Assembly: GCA_050613775.1 (NCBI GenBank)
Contig: JBODTK010000124.1
Span: 478,609 to 498,608 of the forward strand
Length of the DNA: 20,000 nt
Direction: 5' to 3'
From: Neocallimastix sp. 'constans'
Lineage: Eukaryota
Every line of letters starts with the position of its first letter. Position 1 is the stretch's first letter. The notes under the pieces were generated by a model, which was not told the origin of the DNA, ran no database searches, and was given only the letters and a program-made list of their open reading frames with translations. Made by a program: the position numbers and the translations under genes. Positions 1 to 11,167 of the stretch are shown here, piece after piece.

Positions 1-128
1 TTTTATTTATTATTTAATTATTTATTTTTTAATTATTTATTATTTATTATTTATTTATTTAATTATTCAATTATTTATTATTATTTATTATTTATTATTT
101 ATTTATTATTTATGTTTTATGATTTATG

Positions 129-1019
129 ATGTGTATTTCGCAATAGTGCATTTCTCAAAATGTGGCTTAAAATATTTTTAAAAAATAAACGTATAAATAA
201 ATAAAATTAATAAATAAAAATATTAAATATGTTAAAAATGTTTTATGATTACTCTTATATTTTATCTTAATTTCTATCAATTTTTAGTTTTATTTTATTA
301 TTAAAATTTTAATAAAATAAAAAAACTATATAATATTGAAATTGATATTAATAATAAAAAAACTATAAAATAATGATATTGATATTAATAATAAAAAAAA
401 TTATAAAATAATGATATTGATATTAATAATAAAAAAAATTATAAAATAATGATATTGATATTAATAATAAAAAAAACTATATAAAATATTGATATTCTAT
501 ATATATAATTATTTATTATTCAGAATAAATAATATGTAATTTTTAATTTTACAGTAATGTAAAGATATGAAGTATTTATGAAAATATTTTTTTATTGCTT
601 AATATTTGAAATATTTATTTATATTTATTCAGAATAAAAAATTAGTGTTAATTATTCAATTTTTTAATTAGAAAAATAAAATATTTATTTATTTATTTAT
701 TATACATAATTTATTATTCATTATTTATTATTCATTATTTATTATTTATTATTTATTATTTATTATTTATTTTTTATTATTTATTATTTATTTTTTATTA
801 TTTATTATTTATTATTTATTATTTATTATAATTTATTTATTTAAAAATATTTTATAATAAAATATTTAAAGACTTTACTTATTTCAAAAATGATTTTTAT
901 TATTTATTTAATTATTTAATTAATTATTTATTTATTGGTTAAAAAAACTTATATAATGTGGCAATTAATTAAAATATTTTAAGCCACATTGCAAATTGCA
1001 CAATTGCAAAATGATACAT
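129..1019. mobile_element. MITE-like non-autonomous DNA transposon with ~50-bp imperfect terminal inverted repeats
   Basis: 159-178 AATGTGGCTTAAAATATTTT is the exact reverse complement of 971-990. The match extends imperfectly outward: 129-158 ATGTGTATTTCGCAATAGTGCATTTCTCAA vs reverse complement of 991-1019 ATGTATCATTTTGCAATTGTGCAATTTGC. The interior is AT-rich and non-coding. No target-site duplication resolved, so the ends are approximate. Confidence 0.7.
317..496. repeat. 37-38 bp minisatellite, ~4.5 copies, inside the MITE-like element
   Basis: Unit ATAAAATAATGATATTGATATTAATAATAAAAAAAA(T/C)T. The GATATTA anchor recurs at 344, 381, 419 and 457. Confidence 0.85.
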
Positions 1020-1455
1020 TCTAAATTTATTTATATATTTATGTATTATTAATTGATAAATGCCAAGATTATTAAAAAAAAATTTAATATAATATGTATA
1101 TATATATTGTATACATTTTAATTACAAATTTTTAATAACTAATATTAATTAAATTTTTAATAATTAATAGTATATAGAGTATTAGCTATATAGTAAAGTT
1201 TTTTATATTAAAAATATTAATTTTTATATTCTTTAAATAAAAAAAATAATAATACTTATTTGTTGTGTAACGTTTAAAAAAGATAAATATTTAAATTTTA
1301 ACTTTTTTATTTTATACATGAATTATTGTTATCGTTTACATTTTTATTAAAGTATTACATATTTTCTATCCAAGGTTAACTTATATCATTAACAATAATA
1401 TAGTAAAATAAATATTGAATTAATATTTAGTATTTTATTCTATTCTATTACAGCT

Positions 1456-1550
1456 AAATAAATAAATAAATAATAAATAATAAATTATAAATAATAAATT
1501 ATAAATAATAAATAATAAATTATAAATAATAAATAATAAATAATAAATAA

Positions 1551-1590
<40 letters not shown>
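1456..1590. repeat. (TAAA)n / (TAAATAA)n low-complexity microsatellite
   Basis: Mixed TAAA and TAAATAA units, read directly. Confidence 0.8.
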
Positions 1591-2454
1591 ATTAATATTA
1601 TTATTTTATTGGTCAAATCATATACCCTAACCTAATTATTATTAGGGAGTAATAATTTAAGGTTGAAACGATGAAGTATAATAAAACAAACAAATTAAAA
1701 TTTTGTGTCTAAAATTTTTCTTTTTCTTTTTTTTTTTTTTTATTTTTAATTTTAAATTAATAAAATATAAAAATTAATTGTATAACCTTTTTATTTAATA
1801 TTAAAATTTTTCCCTTTTTTAGAAAATAATAAAAAAATAAATTATTTTTATTTAATTTACTCCTTATAATAATAATAAGAATGGTTACACAAATGATTTG
1901 TAAAACTGATTTGGTAATTATATATTAATATATATAAAGATTAATAAATAGAAAGATATAAAAGAAAAAAAAAAAAAAAAGAAAAAAAAGTATATTTATA
2001 TTTATATATATTTATCTATATAAATATAATACATATAATATATATAAATTTATAATAAAAAGAAATGTTTAAAAAGATTTAAATTAAAAATTATTCATTA
2101 GGGTTACATAATATTAATACTTTAAAAATAATCATAATAAATTGAAATTTTTTAAAATATAAAAATTTTTCAAAATATATATAATATATATAAAATATAT
2201 AAAATATGAAAATATAAAAATATAAAGATATATAAAGATATACACAATGGATGGGTATTAATTTTATATTAATATTTAATAATATTTTAATCGTAATTTA
2301 TATATAAATAATTAAAAATATTTTTTTTTTTTTTTTTTTTTAAAAAAAAATTATATTTTTATTATTATATGAAAAGTAATTTTAATTCTATATATAATAA
2401 TTAAACAATATAGAAGAATTTAAGATATTATAAAAATAAAAAAAAAAGGATAAA

Positions 2455-2657
2455 AAATAAAATAAAATAAAATAAAATAAAATAAAATAAAATAAAATAA
2501 AATAAAATAAAATAAAATAAAATAAAATAAAATAAAATAAAATAAAATAAAATAAAATAAAATAAAATAAAATAAAATAAAATAAAATAAAATAAAATAA
2601 AATAGAATAAAATAAAATAAAATAAAATAATATAAAATAAAATAAAATAAAATAAAA
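2455..2657. repeat. (AAAAT)n pentanucleotide microsatellite
   Basis: About 200 bp of near-perfect AAAAT. It generates the spurious FILFY-repeat ORFs on the minus strand. Confidence 0.95.
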
Positions 2658-3091
2658 CAATATAAAATAAAATTAAAAATAAAAAATAAAATTAAAAATA
2701 AAAAATAAAAGAATAGCTTAAAAATTAATAAGCAAAATTTAATCAATTATTTATATATATATATATATATATAAAAGAAAAATAAAGTAAACCAAGATAA
2801 AACATAATAAAATAGAATAGAATAAAACATAATCAAAAAAGCAAAACAATATAAAATAAAATAATATAAAACATAATCAAACTGATAAAATAATATAAAA
2901 TTGAATAATAAATTAATTATTAAATTCCATTAAGTTGACTTTTTTTTATAATAAGAAGTCAGCAAGATAATTTTAAACAATACAAATATTTTCAAAGATT
3001 TTAATAATAATAGTAATAATAATAATTTATACTAATAACAATAAATGAAAGATATAATTTTATAAAATTATAACTTAATATAAAAAGAAAA

Positions 3092-3447
3092 ATGAAATTA
3101 AACTTATTCAATTTATTTTTATCAACCTTTATTGTTTGTGGAAATGGTAATTAAAAATTTACAAAAATAAAACATTAAATTAGAAAAAAAAAAATGAAAT
3201 AATTAAAAATTAATTAAATAAAACTTTTAAAACAATATTAATATTAATATTTTTTTTTCGTATTTTTTTAGCCGAAGTATATAATTTTAGTGTAATTTCC
3301 ACTTTGGGTGTTGGAAAAAAAATAGCAGTTGTATATAATAATGGTGAAACAGTTGAAATGAAACCTACTAAATTTCCATGTAAATTAAAATTATTCTTTA
3401 CAAAATTATTAAGTCAACTTTAATAAAATATTTTAATAAAATTTTTC

Positions 3448-3479
<32 letters not shown>

Positions 3480-5447
3480 CTTAAAAAATTAATATTAATT
3501 ATTAATAAGATATTAATTAATCATAAAATTTTATTTTATATATGATGTTATTATATATATTTATATAATTATATAATAATATAATAAATAATAATAATTT
3601 AATAGTATATGAGGTTTCTGTGGATACACCAAGCATATCTACCTATCATTATGTAGAATTAAATCAATTAAATGCTGTGGCTGGCCAAGAAACATTTGAA
3701 AGAAATATTAAAGATAAAAAAGAAAATGAGCATGATGTATATAATAGGTATATACATATACATATATATTATTATCTTTCTATTAATAAAAGTATAAAAA
3801 AAAATAATTTTCAAAATTAAAATCAAAATTATAAAATGTTTAATTGAATTAATAAAATAAAATGTATATATATAATAATTATATAATAAACTTCATATTT
3901 ATATATGAAATTTAAATTCAATAATTGATATATGTAGAGTAAAAAAAGAAATTATTATTCCAGAACTTCCCCACCCATTTGATGCACAATTTCCAATGGG
4001 TTCCGAAAAATTACAACCAATTCCAGAAGATATTATTTACAATGTTTATGTAGAATGTGATAATGCCACTTATTTATCTGTTAGAGATCAACCATTTCTT
4101 ACTAAAAATGGAGGCAGACAACGTAATGATGTATCAATCACTTGTCCAATAATAAATATTATTACACCAAAGGGTGAATTTTCATCCTCAGGAACACTTC
4201 GTTTAGTAGGTTACGGTAGTCGTTTATATAAAAAGTTATCATGGCTATTGAAACTTGATAAAAAGTTTTTGGGTAGAAAATCCATTAAACTCAGAGGTAT
4301 TGCTAATGATCCTACACTACTTCGTGATAAACTTTCTCTAAGTTTATTAAAAGCAGTAGGGATTCCTGTTCAAGAAGGTTCCTTTGCAAGAGTTTATATT
4401 AATAGTGATACTTGGGGTTTGTATTCCTTTATTGATACTCTGAATCCTAAATGGGTGAAAGGCTATATCCATGGCGATGATGATTATAAGATTGGTAGTG
4501 CTTATAAATTATTTTCTTCTCATCCCGATGGTCCTTATGCTAGTTTGGAATATTTAGGTGACGATTATACGTTATATAAAACGTATACCATTGATATTGA
4601 CGAAAAAACGGAAAATGATAATGTAATGGATAATGAAGATGTCAAAGCAAATACTGAAGAAAATTTTAAACCCATGTTGAATTTCATTAAATTGTTTCAT
4701 AATTGGAAAATAAAATATCAAAATGAATTAGAATCAGTAGAGGCTGTAAAAGAACTTGAAACCTTCTTAAATATCGAATTAACACTTAGAATTATTGCAA
4801 TAGAATCATTTGTGATGGCTGTTGATAATTTTACACCCTATCAATCAAATATTGCTATATATTATAATCCTGAACAAAAAAAATATCATTTTCTTCCCTA
4901 CGATTATGATGAAGCACTAAAGGGTTATTTTACTGAGTATTTCCCAAAGGATGCCATCAATGATTGTATGAATTGGTATATTACTTCAGATTATGTTAAT
5001 GCAGAAAATTTTGTTAAAGTTTTATTAAAATATAAGCCTATTCGTGATCGATATCTCGTGATATTAGCAAAAGCTTCTAGAACAACCTTTAGTATTGAAT
5101 CCGTATCAGCCTATGTTGATGCACTTGCAAATTTAATTAGAGATGATGTTGAATGGAATTTTAATTTAGTTGATCAATACCCTTCCACCTATGATGGTTT
5201 AATTAATAAATATACCATTCAACATTTTGAAGGAAATCTTAATAATGAACCTGTTCCCTTTATAGAAAATGTCATTGTTAATGATAATCAATATGGTCTT
5301 AAACAATTTGTTGAATTAAGAAGTAATGTTTGTCAGGACCTAACTAAAGATATAAAAGTTACTATATCAAAATCTTATCCTTCTTACACTGTAAAAATAT
5401 CAAAACTTTTAATTATATCTCTATTTATAATTTTCTTTTTACTTTAA
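3092..5447 (+). CDS. cotH: CotH-family (spore coat kinase-like) secreted protein, 4 exons, ~604 aa, with signal peptide and putative GPI-anchor tail
   Basis: Exons 3092-3146, 3272-3379, 3606-3747 and 3938-5447. All introns are GT-AG with matching phases; the total of 1815 nt is in frame. N-terminus MKLNLFNLFLSTFIVCGNA|EVYNFSVIS. CotH motifs: LRLVGYGSRLYKKLSW, FLGRKSIKLR..ANDPTLLRDKL, FARVYINSDTWGLY, FLPYDYD. Hydrophobic C-terminus LLIISLFIIFFLL. Confidence 0.92.
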
Positions 5448-5886
5448 GATTGCATAGAATTTTTTTTTTTTTTATTTTATGATATATTAGTTAATCAATG
5501 AATATTATAATTATAATCATAAAAAAAAAAAAAAAAAAAAGGAGGAAATGATATTGAGGTTGATTTTAAATAATAATACTAATAATATTAAAATGTATTT
5601 TTTTATTATTATTTAATTTTTTTTTTTTTCCTATTTATAATAAATTTAAATAATATTTTTAGTTTTTTTTATTTTTTATTTTATTACAATAAAAAAAAAA
5701 TAATAATATATAAATTATATATATATATATCAAAAGAGATTATGTAATTAAATAGAAAACATTTTTTTATTTATTAAAAAAAAATGTTTAAAACAATAAT
5801 AATATTTTTAATTAAAAAAATTTTAAAAATATATATCCTTATATATATATATATATATACATTTTTTATACTTTTCAACATAAACT

Positions 5887-6212
5887 AAAGTAATAATCAA
5901 ATTTTTTTTTTCTCTCTAAAATTAATGAGTTGATAATGTATTTACACATAGAAAATAGTAATAATAATAGCAATTCAGTTAAATAGAAAATTTTATAATT
6001 AGTAAAATTACTGTTAACAACAACAACAATAATAATAATAATAAAAAAAGTAATAATCAAATTTTTTTTTTCTCTCTAAAATTAATGAGTTGATAATGTA
6101 TTTACACATAGAAAATAGTAATAATAATAGCAATTCAGTTAAATAGAAAATTTTATAATTAGTAAAATTACTGTTAACAACAACAACAATAATAATAATA
6201 ATAAAAAAAGTA
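5887..6212. repeat. Perfect 160-bp tandem duplication
   Basis: 5887-6046 is identical to 6047-6206. AAAGTA occurs at 5887, 6047 and 6207. Confidence 0.93.
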
Positions 6213-7621
6213 TAATTTAATAAAAAAAAAAAAAAAAAAAAAAACATAAAATTAAATTTGTTAATAAATATAAAAATGATAAAAAATAATTTTTATTTAA
6301 AAACAAATAATACCAAAAAAAAAAACACCAAAGGATAAAAATAAAAAATGAAAGTAAAGGATAAAAAATAAAGAAAAAATAAAATAATGATAGTAATAAT
6401 AATTTATTTCAATGAATGTAACTTACATCTAAAAAAAAAGAAATTAAACTATTTTTAGTTTTATAATTAATGATTTGATGAAATGAATTGTTATTTTTAT
6501 TTATTTAATATCTATATATTTATTTATTTATTTATTTAAGAGTTATTTATTTATATATTTAATTTTCATTAAATATTAATTTTTTTATTTATTATTTATT
6601 TAATATTTATTTATTAATTATTTACTACAAGTAGAGTACGTGAATAGTTGCATTTTTTTATATTTAAATAATATATATAAGGAAAATTAAATATAATAAA
6701 TTTCATGGATAAAATTATTTTTTTTTTTTCTTAATTGAAATTTTATTGGATAGGATTACTTTTTCAAAAATTTTTTTTATATATATAAATAAATAAATAC
6801 ATAATAAATAAATAATTAATTAATTAAAATAATTCCTAAATTCTAAATTAAATAAATAAATAAATATTAAATAAATGAATAAATGAATATTAAATAAATA
6901 AATAAAAGTGATACATTTATTAATGTATTGTACATTATAAATATATATTTAATATTTATATATATCCTATTCATAGTTGATATTCATTTAATATTCATAT
7001 TTAATATTTATTAACTAATATAAATAATTATAATATAATATATCAAACAATATATAAAAAAATCAAATAATAATTTTATAAATATTTAATATATATAAAA
7101 AAAAATGTTATAAAACTGTTTGATATATTATATTATTATTTAGGATGTTTATGTATCATTAATTAATATTTTAAAATATAAAAAAATTTTTTTTTTTTCT
7201 TTTTTCTATTCTTTTTTTTTTTCTTTGCTAAACAGTTTTTCTTTTTCTTTTATCACTCTAGTTATATTTTTTTGTTATATATTTGACAATATATATACTT
7301 TTTTTTTGTTTGCTTTGACTATATAGAATAAAAAAGAAAAAAAAAAAGAAGGTAATATTACCATACATACTAATAATATTAGTAATAATAATTATATAAA
7401 AAAATATTTATTCAAATATAATAAATTGAAATAATATTATTATTTTTCATAATAATGAAATTTAAATAATAAATATTTATTATTCCTTTTTTTTTTATTT
7501 TTTTATTTTATTTTATTTTTTTTTAATCATTTATATTTAAAAAGATCTAGTTGGGGAAATCATATTTTAATAGAAATTAGCAGTAATATATAATTAAATA
7601 AATAAAAAAAAAAAAAAAAAA

Positions 7622-8946
7622 ATGTTATCAACAACATCAGTATTAAGAGTTAATAAAAATTTAACTAACACTTTAATAATAAATGGAATAACAAATTATC
7701 AAAGACGTAATGTTAATGTTTTTGCTGAATTTGGAAATTCATTAAAACGTCAATCTAAAGAAAATAAAGAATTCAGAGAATCAGTTGATTATTTTTCAAA
7801 AAAAGCTGATGTTATATCTAAGACTGCCCCGGTAAGAATTGTTAAATCAGCTACAAATAAAACTAAAGTAAAAATTCAAAATACCAAGAAAAATGTTGTT
7901 TCTTATATAGAAAGTGATAGTGTTCAACAAAAATGTAAGAAAATGCAAAGAAATTGTGAACATTTTGGTAATACCATTTTAAAGGTAATTTAAATATCAT
8001 AAAATAATAATAAAAGATTTAAATTTTATATATTATAAAAATTTATAATGAATAATAAAAAATAATAATAATTTAAAAGTGTAATTTTAAAATTTGAAAA
8101 TAGTTTTTTTTTTTTTTTGATATAAAATTAGATAAAATTATTAAATTATAAAAGTAAAAATTATTAAGAAATAGAAATAAATAATAAAAAAAATTAATAG
8201 ATGATAAATAATAATAATTATAATAATAAAAAATATAAATATATATGTTTTTTTTTAACAATGACACTATTTTTTTTTTTATTATAAATTACGTTAATTT
8301 ATTTATATTTTTTATATAAAAAAATTAATAAAATTATATTATATCAAAAATAATAAATGGAAATCGAAATGGATGGATTAGATAAGTCATCCATTTGTTC
8401 ATAATCCAATAACACGTACTGTTCATAATATATCTAATATCATTACTAGTACATCAACCACCGCACGGTACAATGAATTCCTTACAAAAGATGAACGTGA
8501 AATTCTTTTTAAAAAGAAGTTAGCTACACAAAAATTTTCTAAAGTAAAATACATGGAATCTAATGAAAATGCAGGATCTTCTTTAGTATTATATAAGATG
8601 CCTTTTTTTAAACGTCTTTCCTATAACTTCAAAAATAACAGTACTTTTGCTCAAAAGTATAATAATTTTAAAAACTATTTAGATGATCAAGATGGACCTT
8701 TAATGGATAGTTTTAGAAATATTGCTAGTAAATTACAAGGTATGTTTGAAGAATCAGAAATGTCAAAAACAGTTAAACGTTTCTCATCGGTTCATCCAGG
8801 ATTTTCTATTGAAAAATTCATTAAAGATTGTCAAATGCTTTATCTTCCAGAAGTTTTAGAAGCTTATCTTAAGGGTGATTCAGAAACCTTAAAGAAATGG
8901 TGTGGTGAAGTTGTAAGTATATATATATATAATATAAGTGTATATG

Positions 8947-8977
<31 letters not shown>

Positions 8978-9513
8978 AAAGAAAGAACTAAAGTCATATT
9001 GTTATTATTATATATATAAATATGAATATCTAAAATATATTTTAAATTAAATAACAATAACAATAACAATAATAATAAAATTAAATAAATTTATCAATAT
9101 AAATATAAAATAGACTTATAATGTTCTTAATGCTGGTTTAGAAGCTCAAAAAGCTCAAGGATTAAGTACTCGTTGTGAATTAATTGAACTTCGTAATTTA
9201 GAATTAAATTCTGCTAAATTCCTTGAAAATGATACACCTGTTTTAGTTTTAAGTTTTAATACTCAAGAAATTTTAGCTTTCAGTGATAAGGATGGAAAAG
9301 TCGTAGTTGGAAAGGAAGTAAGTACAAATGATATATATATATATATAATAAAAATAAAAATAAAATGAAATAAAATAAAAAAATAATATACAAATATATA
9401 AAAATATAAAAAAAAATAATAGTAATAATTAAAATTAATATAATAAAAAAAAAATGAAAAAATCAAAATCAAAAACAACAAAAAAAAATATTATAACGAT
9501 TTATACACAAAAA

Positions 9514-9548
<35 letters not shown>

Positions 9549-9775
9549 GATAAATTGGATATATCGATTAATTTTATAAATTTAAAAAATATATATTTAT
9601 TAATTATAATAATATGAAATATATTATATTTTAATAGGATAATATTCAACATTGTATTTATGCTGTTGTTTTCTCAAAGAGTCAATTTGTTGATCCAAAG
9701 AGAAAGATTGATCCAAGAACCGAAGGTTGGATAATAATTGATTTAGCTAAACAACAAAGTTCAAGTGGTTTCTAG
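7622..9775 (+). CDS. TIM44: Mitochondrial/hydrogenosomal inner-membrane translocase subunit Tim44, 4 exons, ~411 aa
   Basis: Exons 7622-7984, 8382-8912, 9114-9317 and 9638-9775, with all introns phase 0 GT-AG (1236 nt). Tim44 C-terminal domain: FEESEMSKTVKRF..HPGFSIEKF..YLPEVLEAYLKGDSETLKKWCGEVTYNVL..PVLVLSFNTQEILAFSDKDGKVVVGKEDNIQHCIYAVVF..TEGWIIID. The N-terminus is a presequence-like stretch with no acidic residue in the first 35 aa. Confidence 0.92.
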
Positions 9776-9980
9776 ATTTTTAGATTTCTAGATTTTTAAT
9801 AATCAAAATTATTAATAATAATTTTTTATTTTCATCTTTATAAAATAAAGTTATAAAAAAAATTAAGAAAAAAATATATATATATATATAAGAAGAGAAA
9901 AATATAAATATATATATAATAATAATAATAATATCATAATACATATATATTTTTATATTAAATATATGAATATTTAATTG

Positions 9981-10011
<31 letters not shown>

Positions 10012-10369
10012 GGAAAGAAAAAAGAATAATAATAATAAAAAAAAAAAAAAAAATAAAAATAAAAAATATAAAAAAATAAAAAAAAAATAAAAAAATAAAA
10101 AATATATTTATATATATACTTAAAGAAAAAAAAATTGAAGTGATTAAAATACTACATAGAAAATATATATTTTATCAAAGTATATACATATATATATTTA
10201 TTTATTATTATTTATTATTTATTATTTATTTTTATAACATTTTATTATCATTTGATATTATTTTTAATTTGGTTTAATATATTTACTATTAAAAAGATGG
10301 TTTATTAACCTAATTACCAAAAATTTTATCCATCCATAATCTTTTATAATAAATATAATAATTAATAAT

Positions 10370-10400
<31 letters not shown>

Positions 10401-10629
10401 TATTATATTTCTATTATTTAAATGTAAATCTACCAATCATAATTTGTTATTAAAAGTTGGAAATTTTTTTATTATGATTATTTTTTATTTTTTTTGTTAA
10501 TTTATTCTGTATTTTTTTATTATTTTTTATAATTTAATATAATTATAGTTTCTTGTATAATTTTTAATAATTTTTTTTTTTTTTATTTTTAATAAATATA
10601 TAATAATTTTAAATACCTTCTCTTCAAAG

Positions 10630-10897
10630 ATGGATATGGATGTTGATAAAAAAAGTATATATATTATATATATTTAAATAATATATTATTATTAGTTTTT
10701 ATTTATTTATTTATTTTTTTTTTTAAAAGAATATTAATAATAATGAAAGGATAAAATATTTATATAATAAATATAATAAAGAAATTCAATGTATCTAACT
10801 TTATATTAAAAATTAATATTTTTTCTTTAAATTCAATGTTATTCTTATTTCATATTTTTTATAATATAAATACTTATTCTTAATTATAAAATATTAA

Positions 10898-10932
<35 letters not shown>

Positions 10933-11124
10933 TACTAAAAAAGCAAAAGGTATAACTGAAAAAGGTTTATATGCTAAACTACCAGAGAATATAAAACAAG
11001 ATGCTAAAAAATATGTAAATGAATACAAAAATATATATAAACATATTATGTATTAAATAATTCAATGTTCAATATCGAATTTCATATATAATATTTCATA
11101 TATTAAATGTTTCTTTTTTAATAT

Positions 11125-11167
<43 letters not shown>

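Noticed and set aside
317..496. 37-38 bp periodicity resembling a CRISPR array
   Set aside because: The units are contiguous with no unique spacers, the context is eukaryotic, and there are no cas genes.
2388..2746. Minus-strand ORFs of 90 and 108 aa (FILFY repeats)
   Set aside because: They are translations of the (AAAAT)n microsatellite.
5875..6247. Two similar minus-strand ORFs of 61 and 77 aa
   Set aside because: By-products of the 160-bp duplication and AAT/AAC runs; no coding-like composition.
8073..9481. Minus-strand ORFs 8073-8267, 8869-9069 and 9263-9481
   Set aside because: Antisense to TIM44 introns and exons; low-complexity F/Y/I/L sequence.
9770..9797. TAGATTT repeated three times at the TIM44 stop codon (possible readthrough or backup-stop signal)
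   Set aside because: Best explained as a short slippage duplication; the extra TAGs are not in frame with the stop.
10433..10437. CCAAT box ~195 bp upstream of POP4 (ATTGG also near 935, 1608 and 6745)
   Set aside because: A 5-mer is too short to support without TSS or conservation data.
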